Positions 48,891-59,379 of a stretch of DNA of 64,000 nucleotides are shown in pieces (positions within the stretch are counted from its first letter, which is position 1; each line of letters opens with the position of its first letter). Position numbers and translations under genes: made by a program. Source of the stretch: Candidatus Saccharimonadia bacterium (lineage in GTDB: Bacteria > Patescibacteriota > Saccharimonadia > UBA4664); contig DASXHH010000004.1 in the NCBI GenBank assembly GCA_036488585.1, positions 65,254-129,253 on the forward strand. The letters are read 5' to 3'. The notes beneath the pieces are model-generated. The model saw only the letters and a program-made list of their open reading frames with translations, did no database searches and was not told the DNA's origin.

Positions 48891-49751
48891 CTAGGTTTGC
48901 CGGATAAGATCGATCGCGATGCGGGCGCGGGCGATGGCCGAGATGGCGTCGCCGCCGGGCTTGTTGATGTGCCAGGACACATCGGCCAGCATTTTGTAGA
49001 CCGCGTGAATGCGCACAGCTTCGCGATCGGACACCTGGAGCGTGTGTTGCAGAACGAGATCGCGCGAGTCGGCGTAGCCTAGCAGTGAGTACCACAGCGA
49101 CATTAGATCTTGAGTAACGTCGCCGTAGCCGGCCTGGTCCCAATCGAGAACGCCCGAAACGACGCCGTTTTGCAGTAGCACCTGTGTGTAACCCATGTCG
49201 CCGTGCACGAGGTCGGTTTTGGGCAACATTTTGCCCTGGAGGCCGAGCACAAGATTTTCGATGTCGGTGACAAGAGCGGAACTGTCGCCGGAAAATTGCA
49301 TGAGGGCGCGCACCAAACCCCACTCTCCGCGGAATACCACATCCATTAAGTACCAGACCCAATCTTGGCCCTGGACTTCGGAGATGGCTTGGTTTTTCTG
49401 CAGGTCGACGAACTGCAGCAGGCTAGTGACGGCCGGGGGTGTGGGTTCGGCGCTCATGCCAGGAAGTTCGCTTTGCAGTGAATAGGTGCCGCGATCGGTG
49501 GAGCCGGTCACCAGATATTTTGGCACCGGATAGCCCAACCCAGCCAGGTGCGTGGTGGCGGCTTTGGCGCGCTCCACCTGGCGGATCCATTGCGGATTGG
49601 TGTTAACCTTGAGCACCGCGCGAGTGCCGTCGGCGTTCACTACCCGGTAGGCGCCGTGGTCTTCGCCGCCAGAATATTGCGCATTGAGAGAGTAAGAAGT
49701 ATGCTCGGATGCATTGATGAGTTCGAGTGCTTCTTCGGGAGTCATGGGCAT
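48891..49751 (-). CDS. Aminoglycoside phosphotransferase-like kinase
   Basis: VLK, LVHGD, VLDWD. Confidence 0.88.
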   Translation of the reverse strand: MPMTPEEALELINASEHTSYSLNAQYSGGEDHGAYRVVNADGTRAVLKVNTNPQWIRQVERAKAATTHLAGLGYPVPKYLVTGSTDRGTYSLQSELPGMSAEPTPPAVTSLLQFVDLQKNQAISEVQGQDWVWYLMDVVFRGEWGLVRALMQFSGDSSALVTDIENLVLGLQGKMLPKTDLVHGDMGYTQVLLQNGVVSGVLDWDQAGYGDVTQDLMSLWYSLLGYADSRDLVLQHTLQVSDREAVRIHAVYKMLADVSWHINKPGGDAISAIARARIAIDLIRQT

Positions 49752-49829
49752 ATTATAGTTGTTCAGTCTATCCTCAGGGAAGCATTTGATAATCTATAAT
49801 AGATAGTTGTAAACGTTAGGGATCGGTCT

Positions 49830-50003
49830 GTGATTAGATTTTTCGCATATGTTGACCCGGGCACCGGCAGTTTCGCTCTGCAAGCAGTTATAGGAACGGT
49901 AATGGGTGTATCGTACGCCGCTCGAAACCGGATCAAAATGATTGTTGGAAGATTTAAGAAGGGCTCTCCGGCGACCTCAAAGACTGACAACCACGGAGAC
50001 TAA
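49830..50003 (+). CDS. 57-aa small membrane protein with AYVDPGTGS motif (not in the ORF track)
   Basis: GTG start: MIRFFAYVDPGTGSFALQAVIGTVMGVSYAARNRIK...; stop 2 nt before the next gene. Confidence 0.8.
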   Translation: MIRFFAYVDPGTGSFALQAVIGTVMGVSYAARNRIKMIVGRFKKGSPATSKTDNHGD

Positions 50004-50005
50004 AA

Positions 50006-51385
50006 TTGTTGCAAAAGGACCCGTCATCGTTTCGCGACAATTTTGGGTTCGTGTTCTGGACGGGTGGTCGCGTCTACCGACAGATTAATCCGGCGGGCAA
50101 GGCTACCTATGACCAACTTATGGTTAGCGGGCTGCATAAACAGCTAGTAAAAGACGGCCTCATAGTAGACCACGAAGAAGTGCCGCCGGGTAGCGTGGGC
50201 GCGGACGGAGCCTACAGGGTGATACGGCCTGAGCTGGTACCGTTTATATCCTACCCGTACGAGTGGTCGTTTTCGCAGTTGCAAGACGCGGCTCTAGCAA
50301 CTTTGCGCGCGCAGAAATTGGCGCTTGATGCCGGCATGACCTTGCGCGACGCCACGGCCTACAATGTGCAGTTCGTAGAGGGACGGCCTCGTTTGATCGA
50401 CACATTGTCGTTTGATGAATACCTGCCGGGCGATGCTTGGGTGGCCTACCGGCAGTTTTGCCAGCACTTTTTGGCGCCGTTGGCGCTGATGAGCCGGGTG
50501 GACCCGGATTTGTTGCAGTTGATGCGCGTGTATATTGACGGTATTCCCCTGCCGCTGGCAGCAAAGCTGCTGCCAGCGCGGGCCGCCCTGAACCTGGGGT
50601 TGGCCACTCACGTGCATTTGCACGCTCGGTTCCAGCGGAGGCATGAAGGTACCGGCCAGAAGGCGGCGGCAAGCGTGAGCCGGGAATCGCTACTTGGTCT
50701 GATCGACAGCTTGGAGCGAACGGTGCGAGCCATGCGGCTTAGTAGCGTTTCGAAAACCGAGTGGGGCGACTACTACGACAACACCAACTACACCGACGCG
50801 TCATTTAAGGCCAAGGAGCAGATTACCAGCGAGTTTGTGCAGCGGGTGGAGCCGGACGCGGTGCTCGATCTGGGCTCCAACGATGGCACCTTTAGCCGGA
50901 TCGCGGCCAAAGCTGGTGCGCTAGTGGTGAGCGCCGACATCGACCCGCTGGCGGTGGATGCCAACTATCTGAAGGTGAAGAAAAACCATGAGACGCGGTT
51001 GTTGCCGATTTTGGTGGACCTCCACAACCCCAGCCCGGATTTGGGCTGGGCCAATCAGGAACGGTCGAGCTTCGCCAAGCGGGCGCGGGCCAAGATGGTG
51101 CTATCATTGGCACTCATTCATCACCTGGCCATTTCCAACAATCTCCCGTTCGATCGGATCGCTGAGTACTTTGCCGGATTGGGTACGTGGCTGGTGATTG
51201 AGTTTGTGCCGAAATCGGATTCGAAGGTGAAGCGGCTGCTGGCAACTCGTGAGGACATTTTCCCTGAATACACGTCAGAGGGTTTTGAAAAGGCCTTCGG
51301 TGAGTACTACGAGATACGCGAGAAACAGAACGTGGCGGGCTCGGAGCGCATTATGTACCTAATGCAGCGCAAGGACGCGCGGTGA
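50006..51385 (+). CDS. NoeA-like protein (kinase-like N-domain + SAM methyltransferase)
   Basis: SSFRD, SYPYEWSF, LRDATAYNVQF, IDTLSF; VLDLGSNDG, LALIHHL. Confidence 0.85.
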   Translation: MLQKDPSSFRDNFGFVFWTGGRVYRQINPAGKATYDQLMVSGLHKQLVKDGLIVDHEEVPPGSVGADGAYRVIRPELVPFISYPYEWSFSQLQDAALATLRAQKLALDAGMTLRDATAYNVQFVEGRPRLIDTLSFDEYLPGDAWVAYRQFCQHFLAPLALMSRVDPDLLQLMRVYIDGIPLPLAAKLLPARAALNLGLATHVHLHARFQRRHEGTGQKAAASVSRESLLGLIDSLERTVRAMRLSSVSKTEWGDYYDNTNYTDASFKAKEQITSEFVQRVEPDAVLDLGSNDGTFSRIAAKAGALVVSADIDPLAVDANYLKVKKNHETRLLPILVDLHNPSPDLGWANQERSSFAKRARAKMVLSLALIHHLAISNNLPFDRIAEYFAGLGTWLVIEFVPKSDSKVKRLLATREDIFPEYTSEGFEKAFGEYYEIREKQNVAGSERIMYLMQRKDAR

Positions 51386-53154
51386 AATCAAACCGGGGGC
51401 GCTGGCAACAACGCTGGCGGAGTTTTCGGCGATGGGCGCCGTACTGGGGCCTGTTTAGCGCCCTGGCGCTAGTGCCGAGCGTAAGCAATTTTTTATATAA
51501 CCGTTACCAGGTGTCGATGCAAGATCTGGGGCTGCCAGTGGTGATCGCGCTACTGCTGGGCGCCGTGGTGGCGGGGGCGGTCTGGCGGCTAGTGGTGCGC
51601 GACCGGTTGGCTGGAGTGGTGGCGGGCACTTTGGCTACGTTGGTGATGGCGCAGGGATTTGACGCGCGGCTGAGTGGACTATCGCCCATACTGCAGGCGC
51701 TGACGCCGATCAGTCTCGGCGGAATCCAAAACACGGTATATTCGGTGGTAATAGCGGTGGCGGTGCTATGGCTGGCGGCGCTGGCCGGTCGGGGCGTTAG
51801 CCGGCTAGTGGACAGGCTGGGGTGGAAGAGCCGCGACATCGCCACAGCGGTGGCGGTGGCAATCGTGGGCATGGCGGCAGTGCAATTTTGGACTCTGATA
51901 ATGGTGCTGGGGCAAGAGTGGCCGCAGTTCTTTTACCACGCGCCGAAACTAGCGGCAGCGCCGGCGGCAGCCAAAGCATCGTCGGCCAAGCCCGATATTT
52001 ATTACCTGGTGCTGGAAGATTATGCCAGCCAGGATGTACTCAAAAACCAGTTCAGCTTTGACAACAACGACTTCATGAGTTTCCTGAAGAGCAAGGGCTA
52101 CTACGTGAACCCGACGCAGCGGGTGAACTACCCTTACACGGCCATGTCGGTGGCTTCAACGCTGAGCGCGAATTACCTAAACGATATCGTGCAAAAGTTT
52201 AGCAAGGCGCCGAAGCAGACCGTGGTACCGTTTAACGACGCGACGCGTGACGCCCCGGTGGCGCAGGCGCTGAAGTCGGCGGGTTACAAGTACATAGAGA
52301 TTGGCAACTGGTACGAAGCATTCGATTCCTCGCGATCGGACGACCAGATTTACCAGCCCAATGGCCTGCTGACTGTGTTCGGCCACACCTTTGTGCTGAA
52401 TAATTTTCCAAAGTACAAGCTCACCGAGAGCCTGTTTGGGTCATTACTTGAAATGGGCATTCATCTGGGCAAATTCACGGTGCTCGGATACCAAAACCTG
52501 GGCGACGTGGACTTGGCGCACTACCAGCTGAGCACATTGAAGAACTTGGTGAGTCAGCCATCTGGGGGCCGATTTATCATGGCAGATATCCTGGTGCCGC
52601 ACGAAGCGCCGTTTTACTTCAATGCCGATGGGTCGATCTCACAAACCCCGGACGGTAATAATAACGGTGAGCCGCTGCGGAAGAAATACGTGGGTGCGGT
52701 GAAATACATTAACGCCCAGGTGAAGACCATTCTGCAGCAGATTGACGACCAGAGCCATGGCCGGGCGGTGATAGTACTAATGTCGGATGAGGGGCCGCAA
52801 ATTCTGAATGTGAACGATGAGAGCTATGACCAGGGCGATTCCGGGGACGAGCTGCTAGGTGGGGACATGCGTAAATGGAGCCAAGAGAATTTGGACCTAA
52901 AGTATGGGGTGCTGGCGGCGTTTAGCCTGCCGGGGGTGGACCAATCGGCGGTATCAGCCAACAACACCAGTGACGTGAATATTTTTCGGCTGGTACTCAA
53001 TTCGTATCTGGGGTACAGCCTCCCCTACCTGCCAAACTGCAACTTTGCCTACCCGGACGGTCGCAATTTTCCAGAGCGGTTCGTAGACATTACGGCGCGA
53101 GTGAGCGGCACTTCGGACGCGCGCTGCCAGGCTAACGGAACCGTTAAGCCGTAA
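51382..53154 (+). CDS. Membrane sulfatase/alkaline-phosphatase superfamily transferase
   Basis: About 5 TM helices, then PDIYYLVLEDY, YTAMSVAS, VPH, MSDEG. Confidence 0.8.
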   Translation: MKSNRGRWQQRWRSFRRWAPYWGLFSALALVPSVSNFLYNRYQVSMQDLGLPVVIALLLGAVVAGAVWRLVVRDRLAGVVAGTLATLVMAQGFDARLSGLSPILQALTPISLGGIQNTVYSVVIAVAVLWLAALAGRGVSRLVDRLGWKSRDIATAVAVAIVGMAAVQFWTLIMVLGQEWPQFFYHAPKLAAAPAAAKASSAKPDIYYLVLEDYASQDVLKNQFSFDNNDFMSFLKSKGYYVNPTQRVNYPYTAMSVASTLSANYLNDIVQKFSKAPKQTVVPFNDATRDAPVAQALKSAGYKYIEIGNWYEAFDSSRSDDQIYQPNGLLTVFGHTFVLNNFPKYKLTESLFGSLLEMGIHLGKFTVLGYQNLGDVDLAHYQLSTLKNLVSQPSGGRFIMADILVPHEAPFYFNADGSISQTPDGNNNGEPLRKKYVGAVKYINAQVKTILQQIDDQSHGRAVIVLMSDEGPQILNVNDESYDQGDSGDELLGGDMRKWSQENLDLKYGVLAAFSLPGVDQSAVSANNTSDVNIFRLVLNSYLGYSLPYLPNCNFAYPDGRNFPERFVDITARVSGTSDARCQANGTVKP

Positions 53155-53259
53155 TTTTAACGAAAAAATTGGCCGAAAAGTCATGGAAATGTGGAAATGC
53201 ACAAATACTGTCGTGGCGGAATTTTGATAGTCTGATGGCCGTCTAACGGAGAGTAACTC

Positions 53260-53583
53260 ATGACAAAACGACGCGACGAAGAAGAATTCTATGAGGCGAT
53301 GCCTGGTACGATGCAGGGTACCCGGGTGCGGCGTGAGCGTGAACTCAATGATTATGCCGACCGGGAACAAAGCAGTAGCGTAATTGGCTGGGTGGCGTTA
53401 GCGGCAGTGATTTTGCTGGGGCTGCTCTTGCTGGGGACGGTAAATGCCCGCTCCCGGACGGTCACGCCCGGTGCCAACACCGGTAACGGCGTCCAGAATT
53501 TAAAGGGCAGCCAGCCCGGTAGTGCCGGCGGGACGCAGCAGAACGGCATCACGCCAGGTAGCGGCGGCCAAACGACGAAGTAG
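53260..53583 (+). CDS. Small single-TM hypothetical protein
   Basis: GGAG RBS; TM followed by a Gly/Thr-rich tail. Confidence 0.7.
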   Translation: MTKRRDEEEFYEAMPGTMQGTRVRRERELNDYADREQSSSVIGWVALAAVILLGLLLLGTVNARSRTVTPGANTGNGVQNLKGSQPGSAGGTQQNGITPGSGGQTTK

Positions 53584-53617
53584 AATTAAAATATTGATCG
53601 CCCGCCAGGCCGCACTG

Positions 53618-53995
53618 TTACGGCTTGGGGGCGGGATTAGCGCATGATATAAAATACCGATCGCCGCCAGTGTCGCGCAGATGCCGCAATGTTCCGGAAA
53701 TAGGGATGATGGCGCCAGATTTTGCCACTAGTCGAGTTGAGAATCGCAGAGGCTCAGGGTACAAAACGGAAATGGTGCGCAGGACCCACGCGGCGTGATG
53801 CTGAGATTTTTCGATGGTTTGAGATAAATGCATACTCGTGAGCTCCTCGGCGGTAAAGCCGATGACAGCTTCATGGTTTGGAGATGCGTAAAGATAATAT
53901 CCGTTCCGGTCGAAGGCTGCGACCAAAGCCTCCGAGTGGTCCGACTCGAGGCGCTCAATATAGCCCAGTATTTTGGGAGGCAGATCCGCTTTCAT
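53618..53995 (-). CDS. Stand-alone PAS domain protein
   Basis: DRNGYYLYASP...IGFTAEEL...KSGAII. Confidence 0.8.
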   Translation of the reverse strand: MKADLPPKILGYIERLESDHSEALVAAFDRNGYYLYASPNHEAVIGFTAEELTSMHLSQTIEKSQHHAAWVLRTISVLYPEPLRFSTRLVAKSGAIIPISGTLRHLRDTGGDRYFISCANPAPKP

Positions 53996-54221
53996 GTTGG
54001 CTATTGTACTCCCGATTTTATAGGCCTAACCGGCAGCTTTATTACACGTAAGCGTCCAGCCAACCTATTACGGCGAGACTTGTGCAAGTAGCTCAACGCC
54101 TAGGGTCAGGCTCTGGTAGTAAGTAGCCGGCTAAATGGGTGCGGGCAGAAAGCATATGGCCTGATAACAAAAATGGCCTGGAGGGCCATCTTTGATGCTA
54201 TCGCAACTACACGTCAAGCAA

Positions 54222-54977
54222 TTACCTCTGTTGATCCGTCGGGCGAATCAAGATTTCATTTACGTCAACGTGGTCTGGTTGGGTGACGGCGTAAAGTACC
54301 GCAGCTGCTATATCCTCGGCCTCAAGTTGCCTCACCGATTGCGCCCATTCATTCACCTGTCGCTTAGTTTCTTTATGTGTGATGTGATCACGTAATTCGG
54401 TCGCTACTAAGCCGGGCTCTATTAGTGTGGTTCTTATTTTGTGCTCTACCAGCTCCTTACGCAGCCCCTCGGTAAATCCGTTTACTCCCCATTTTGTCAG
54501 ATTGTAAACGGCACTGTCCAAATTGGCGGTACGGCCAGCCACGGACGAGGTCTGAACAATATGACCGCTCTTTTGCTTCACCATCTGTGGAAGTACAGCG
54601 TGCGTACACCAAATCAACCCGTACAGGTTTGTATCAATCATTCGCCGCCAATCCGTCACATCGGCATCGATTACCGGCCCGAGTAGCATCACTCCAGCAT
54701 TATTGAACAGTACATCGATCTTGCCGTACTTTTCCTGCGCCGTTTGCACCATATTATTAACACTGGCGTAATCGGTGACGTCGGTCGTAATTGCCAGCGC
54801 CCGCCCGCCGTCTTTATCAATATCTTTGCGCACCTGCTCAAGCCTGTCTTCTCGTCGTCCAGCCAGGACTGTAATGGCGCCTTCACGGGCTAACATTCTG
54901 CCTGTTGCTTCACCAATGCCGGATGTTGCACCCGTAATGATCACTACTTTGTCCTTGATACTATGCTGAGGCATCAC
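54222..54977 (-). CDS. SDR family oxidoreductase
   Basis: TGATSGIG, NNAG, YNLTK. Confidence 0.95.
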   Translation of the reverse strand: MMPQHSIKDKVVIITGATSGIGEATGRMLAREGAITVLAGRREDRLEQVRKDIDKDGGRALAITTDVTDYASVNNMVQTAQEKYGKIDVLFNNAGVMLLGPVIDADVTDWRRMIDTNLYGLIWCTHAVLPQMVKQKSGHIVQTSSVAGRTANLDSAVYNLTKWGVNGFTEGLRKELVEHKIRTTLIEPGLVATELRDHITHKETKRQVNEWAQSVRQLEAEDIAAAVLYAVTQPDHVDVNEILIRPTDQQR

Positions 54978-55142
54978 AATCTCCTTTTGGCATTAAGATA
55001 CGGAAACAGCAATCCTCTGAATTTAGGCTAAATGCTGAGAGCTGATCAAACCAACGCCCAAACAAAAGGTGCTATGGAGTCCATCGTGCTCGCCGTTGCA
55101 GCCGGAATTATGGACAAGGGGCCTTATATTGTTACGGCTAGA

Positions 55143-55368
55143 TCATTCGAACCTCGTTAGCGGTTTGGTGGCGCGACGAACGACCGCGGCAGATTTGTGC
55201 TGTTGCTGGATCTTCAGCAAGGAGATCATTTCGGTGGCCGGGTAGAAGCCGTCGCTGGTGAACTGAGCAAGCGTATCCATAGCATTCACCGCGACGATCC
55301 AATCAACCTCCTTGGAGGAAAGTAACTGCTTGAGCCAGTTAAGGGCGCGATTTTTCTTATAGCGTAGG
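55143..55368 (-). pseudogene. Possible 3' gene fragment
   Basis: Open frame ...EVDWIVAVNAMDTLAQF...HKSAAVVRRATK* with no obvious 5' part. Confidence 0.3.
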
Positions 55369-55370
55369 AG

Positions 55371-56297
55371 TCAGCGCCAGAATTCGGTGAGCTGGCCGGC
55401 GAGAGCTTTGCCTTGGCTGTAACCGACTTGCGCAGACGGCACCCACATAGATGGATCCATCACATTCATGCCTAACGAGTTGCGGGTGTTCAAGTCGTAT
55501 AGCACCCCACTATCGGGGAAGATGGTTTCGACTCTGCTGCCGCCGGCACGTAGTTCGTCGCTCTGGGTGGCGAGATGCATGCCCCAGTCTAGAGGCATCC
55601 GTGATCTGCCGCCGAATGGTGATAGCACCAGCACCCGCCCGTATCCGGCCGCCAGATCGGCGTTCTCGTTGCGCCGGTAGCCGCCGTCAATGTACCGGTG
55701 ATCGCCGATGATGTAGGGAGGGGCACCCGGCCCGGAAGTGCTGGCGGCGACGGCGTCCACCATGTCGACTCCGCTGTGGCGGTCGAACACGGCCGGTTCA
55801 CCGGTATGGGCATCAACCGCCGTGATCTGCACCGTTTGTTCCGGCCATTGCTGACTGGGCAGCCGGGCGGCGACGGTAGCCCGCCACTGCGTTCGCCTGG
55901 ATGCGTCCGAGACGGCATCCAGCTCGAGCGCCGACGCGCCCAATCTGCGGCGCATGTCAGACACGTCCCGCGCTGCAGCGATGATTGTGCTCATCTTTTC
56001 CAGAGGGCTCACCGCCGACCTATTCGGGCGCTGTACACCGCCAGATCCGGCCGGACTAGTTCGTAACTGGGACGGAGCGGCAAGAACTTCGGCCAGCAGT
56101 TTGGACGGGTTGGTACTAGTGATCTGGACCGCGGTCGTCGCTCCGGCCGAGGTGCCGATGATCAGATCGGCATCCGTCACATCCAGCCCGGCATCAAGCA
56201 AGCCGGCGATGACGCCGATCTCCCACCCATTGCCGGCCGCTCCGCCGCCGCCAAGGACCAACGCTCGCTCACCCCGCAAATTAGTGTCTTTACTCAT
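55371..56297 (-). CDS. Patatin-like phospholipase
   Basis: LGGGG, GTSAG, IDGG. Confidence 0.93.
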   Translation of the reverse strand: MSKDTNLRGERALVLGGGGAAGNGWEIGVIAGLLDAGLDVTDADLIIGTSAGATTAVQITSTNPSKLLAEVLAAPSQLRTSPAGSGGVQRPNRSAVSPLEKMSTIIAAARDVSDMRRRLGASALELDAVSDASRRTQWRATVAARLPSQQWPEQTVQITAVDAHTGEPAVFDRHSGVDMVDAVAASTSGPGAPPYIIGDHRYIDGGYRRNENADLAAGYGRVLVLSPFGGRSRMPLDWGMHLATQSDELRAGGSRVETIFPDSGVLYDLNTRNSLGMNVMDPSMWVPSAQVGYSQGKALAGQLTEFWR

Positions 56298-56448
56298 CGA
56301 TTTATTCGTTATTGTCGTCGAGGTTAATCTTGATAATAGTATCTGGCATCGGCTTCATAACTTAACTATAAAGACTATAAAGCTAAAGTAAAAAAGCAAA
56401 AACGACCTTCGGTTTAAGCATAAGTACTATAGAGGGCCATCATGGAGG

Positions 56449-56845
56449 CTATCGTGTTGGCACTGAATGATGCTCGTGTTTGATAGTCCACGCTCCATTG
56501 ACCTTCTCCAACCCAATGGTGAGCCTGAAGTCTAATGGAATGAATACGCCGCCTACTTTATCTTCACACCGCATACCTGCGAAGCAGAAGGCCGCCCGAT
56601 CATCGGCGACTACATGTAGTTCTTTAATGTCGAACACGCCCTTTTTGGTGTTGGCAAAGAATATTTCCCAGGTTTTTCGGTACCCCCCCTAGCCCGATTA
56701 ATTGAAAGGGCTCGGGAACGTCGAACATTACCATATCCGGAGAATGATGGGCTAGTATCGTATCCAGATCTCGCGAGCGAACTGCCATTGCCCAATTCTG
56801 TACCAACTCTCGGACCGCCGACGATTCTTTTGACTCAGGGCTCAT
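56449..56845 (-). pseudogene. YybH/SnoaL-like (NTF2) gene frameshifted at a G7 tract
   Basis: Removing one G at 56683-56689 joins ...FQLIGLGG to YRKTWEIFF...FRLTIGLEK..WTIKHEHHSVP. Confidence 0.8.
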
Positions 56846-56919
56846 TTTTAATTCTGCTATTTATGTGCGCTACGCGGCCATCGCTATTGCAACTGAAATC
56901 TCAGTTGGTGCCAAAACAA

Positions 56920-57264
56920 CTACTTATCTTTTACGTCCCAACCGAAATAGACTTCTAAACGGACGATTTTATGTGCATCAAATGTAACTATGTCGGTGTT
57001 ACGCCCCCTTGCACCGTCAGGCTTAGTGTATTCATGGGTAATTATAACTTCATTACCACTTTCTATTACTCGAATATATTCAATGTCCTTAAGGTTGCCT
57101 CCCTGAGGCCAACACCTCTTAAAGAAACCGGCACGATCCAAAAATGGGTCAGGCGGTGCCGAGAATGTGAAGTTAGGAGCCAACAATCTTTCTACAAAGT
57201 CATTTCGGTCTACCTCTGAAAATGCTTTATAGAACTGCTTTACAAGTCCAGGGCGATCACTCAT
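56920..57264 (-). CDS. SnoaL/NTF2-like protein
   Basis: FTFSAPPD, FFKRCWP, GRNT, EVYFGW. Confidence 0.88.
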   Translation of the reverse strand: MSDRPGLVKQFYKAFSEVDRNDFVERLLAPNFTFSAPPDPFLDRAGFFKRCWPQGGNLKDIEYIRVIESGNEVIITHEYTKPDGARGRNTDIVTFDAHKIVRLEVYFGWDVKDK

Positions 57265-57398
57265 GCAGACATCATATGGCGAGAATAGTTGGGTGTCTAC
57301 GATGGAGGGTATGGCCCCGTGCTGGCTAACTTTGCTAAATAAAAAACGACCTGGCGGTCCTTTTAAGCATAATTGCTATGGAAGGGCCATCGTAGCCC

Positions 57399-58244
57399 CT
57401 ATTGCAGCCGAGCTCTCTGTAAGCCAACCCTATGTGTGCGATTTAGGTAAAGTATGATATCGGCTGCGGCGATCAAGATCGGCAAAGCACTTAGCCCGGC
57501 TACTACCTCCATTCCATAAAGAGCGGCACTGACTCCAAAGCCCAACCCGATTAAGCCATACCCGATTGCTGGAATCAGGAGCAAATAAGCCTCGGCGTAA
57601 TACTTTCCGGGTCTGCAATATTCATACAGCCTAAATATTCCCGTCACTACAACTGTGACAATGAACCAGCCCATAAAATTGCCAAGTGGAACACCGAAGT
57701 ATGCGCCATGGTCAAGCCACGTCCATGAACCTTCCCTGATTTTGACCGGATCCATAATTAAGTCGATTGCAACTGTGAGCACGCCATCAAGAGCAATGAG
57801 TGCCAGCAACGCAGTCCATGATGAAGATTTTTCGGATGGCCCCTGAGGGTCCAGCCAGCGCCTAAAGCCATTGGTGATAGAGTATGCCGTGTAAATGAAT
57901 ATTGCCCAGTATATAGGTATGATATATGGGACGCCCCAAAGCTTGGGCTGGCCTCCATTATATGTATAGTGACCGCCAAAGAAGGTTCCGCTTTTTAAGC
58001 CCCAAATCTCAAAAAACAGGCCGGTTAAAGCAGCTAGCATGAAAAAAGAAACGGCTCTTCTGGACCCGAGCTGCCACTTTGAGTGCAAGGCTAATAGGCA
58101 AGCCAGAGCCACTAATACGATCGACGCAGCGTAATCCTTGTTAGAATGCAGGCCGGCTGCTCGAAGAATAACATCTAAGACGCCACTGACTGCGGCAATT
58201 ATCAGCAGAACATACATCCATTTTGCATTTTGGCCAAGCTTCAT
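57399..58244 (-). CDS. CruF/DUF422-like membrane protein (carotenoid biosynthesis family)
   Basis: E..G..SG..FG.Y.Y, GVP, DLIMDP, WTW, GVPLGNFMGW. Confidence 0.85.
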   Translation of the reverse strand: MKLGQNAKWMYVLLIIAAVSGVLDVILRAAGLHSNKDYAASIVLVALACLLALHSKWQLGSRRAVSFFMLAALTGLFFEIWGLKSGTFFGGHYTYNGGQPKLWGVPYIIPIYWAIFIYTAYSITNGFRRWLDPQGPSEKSSSWTALLALIALDGVLTVAIDLIMDPVKIREGSWTWLDHGAYFGVPLGNFMGWFIVTVVVTGIFRLYEYCRPGKYYAEAYLLLIPAIGYGLIGLGFGVSAALYGMEVVAGLSALPILIAAADIILYLNRTHRVGLQRARLQ

Positions 58245-58367
58245 GCCGCTATCATAACAAAAACGACGCTTCGTTAAGCATAAGTGCTTTGGAGGCCATC
58301 TGTAGCAATCGATTACAAGCTAGTCCGCTGCTATTTATAGCTGGGTTATGACTTCCAGCAACTCCTC

Positions 58368-58703
58368 CTACTTAACGTCCCACCCAAAGTAGACCTCGGA
58401 TCTGCAGACTTTGTCACCGTCAAATGTGAGTACTTCGGTATTGCGCCCTGCGGTTCCGTCCAGTTTTGTTGCCTCATATGTTACCACCACCTCGTCACTG
58501 TGCTCAATTAGGCGCACAAAGTTGAAGGTGCTGCGACTGCCAGCGCCTGGCCAGCATCGTTCAAAGAAACCATTCCGATCTAAAAGAGGATCCGGCGGAG
58601 CTGAGAACGTAAAGTCTGGGGCTAACAAATTATCTACGAAGTCACGATCGGCCTTTGCGAAGGCTAGGTAAAAATCTTTTGCTAGCTGGGCGTGGCGACT
58701 CAT
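58368..58703 (-). CDS. SnoaL/NTF2-like protein, paralog of 56920-57264
   Basis: FTFSAPPDP, FFERCWP, GRNTE, EVYFGWDVK. Confidence 0.88.
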   Translation of the reverse strand: MSRHAQLAKDFYLAFAKADRDFVDNLLAPDFTFSAPPDPLLDRNGFFERCWPGAGSRSTFNFVRLIEHSDEVVVTYEATKLDGTAGRNTEVLTFDGDKVCRSEVYFGWDVK

Positions 58704-58849
58704 AAGCACATTGTACGCCTGTAATCTGATGGGGATGTAAGATTTCACTCGTCTATACGCTGTTCAGCGTTGCACTGGAGGGGCCATCGTCGAAGCTGCC
58801 AGAACTGCCTTAGTCCACAGCTTAACAGCAGATACTCTCTTGGCGGTTG

Positions 58850-59236
58850 CTATTTTATAAAAGACACCGTGCCCTTGGGATAGACTAGTGCGCCCTTAAG
58901 CTGGGTGATTGGTAGCCATACCACCTTATAACTGTTGGCAGATGTCTGCTTATGCTCTTCCATCCATACTGGCTCAGCGCTTTCGTCTAATGATGCCCTA
59001 ACAATCCAGGTCTCTCGGGCGGTTTGCGAGAGGTCTTTTTCTTTGTTCTCTACCGTAATATCAACCCCTAACTCTTCTTTCATTTCCCGAATAGCAGCCT
59101 GCTCCGGTGTCTCTCCCTCTTCTACCCCACCTCCCGGTAATACATAGTACATGGGCTCAGGAGTCCTGGTGCGCTCAATTAAAAGCAACATGTCGTCTTT
59201 AATGATAAGGACTGCGCTTCTTGCTTTCTGTTGCAT
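58850..59236 (-). CDS. NUDIX hydrolase
   Basis: PGGGVEEGETPEQAAIREMKEELG. Confidence 0.93.
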   Translation of the reverse strand: MQQKARSAVLIIKDDMLLLIERTRTPEPMYYVLPGGGVEEGETPEQAAIREMKEELGVDITVENKEKDLSQTARETWIVRASLDESAEPVWMEEHKQTSANSYKVVWLPITQLKGALVYPKGTVSFIK

Positions 59237-59379
59237 CAAGAATATCCGTTTAAGACTCAGATTGTATCAAATTGGAAATACTCGAAACCTGGGTTGCAAA
59301 ACGTTTTTCAAATGCAAAGCTTGCCACCTAAGTACTTTGCTTATTAACGGCATCCTTAAACTAAGAGCTACTACGGATA

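Noticed and set aside
47611-49362. 583-aa extended ndh ORF
   Set aside because: The extension overlaps the phosphotransferase gene in another frame; the FAD motif begins just after ATG 48855
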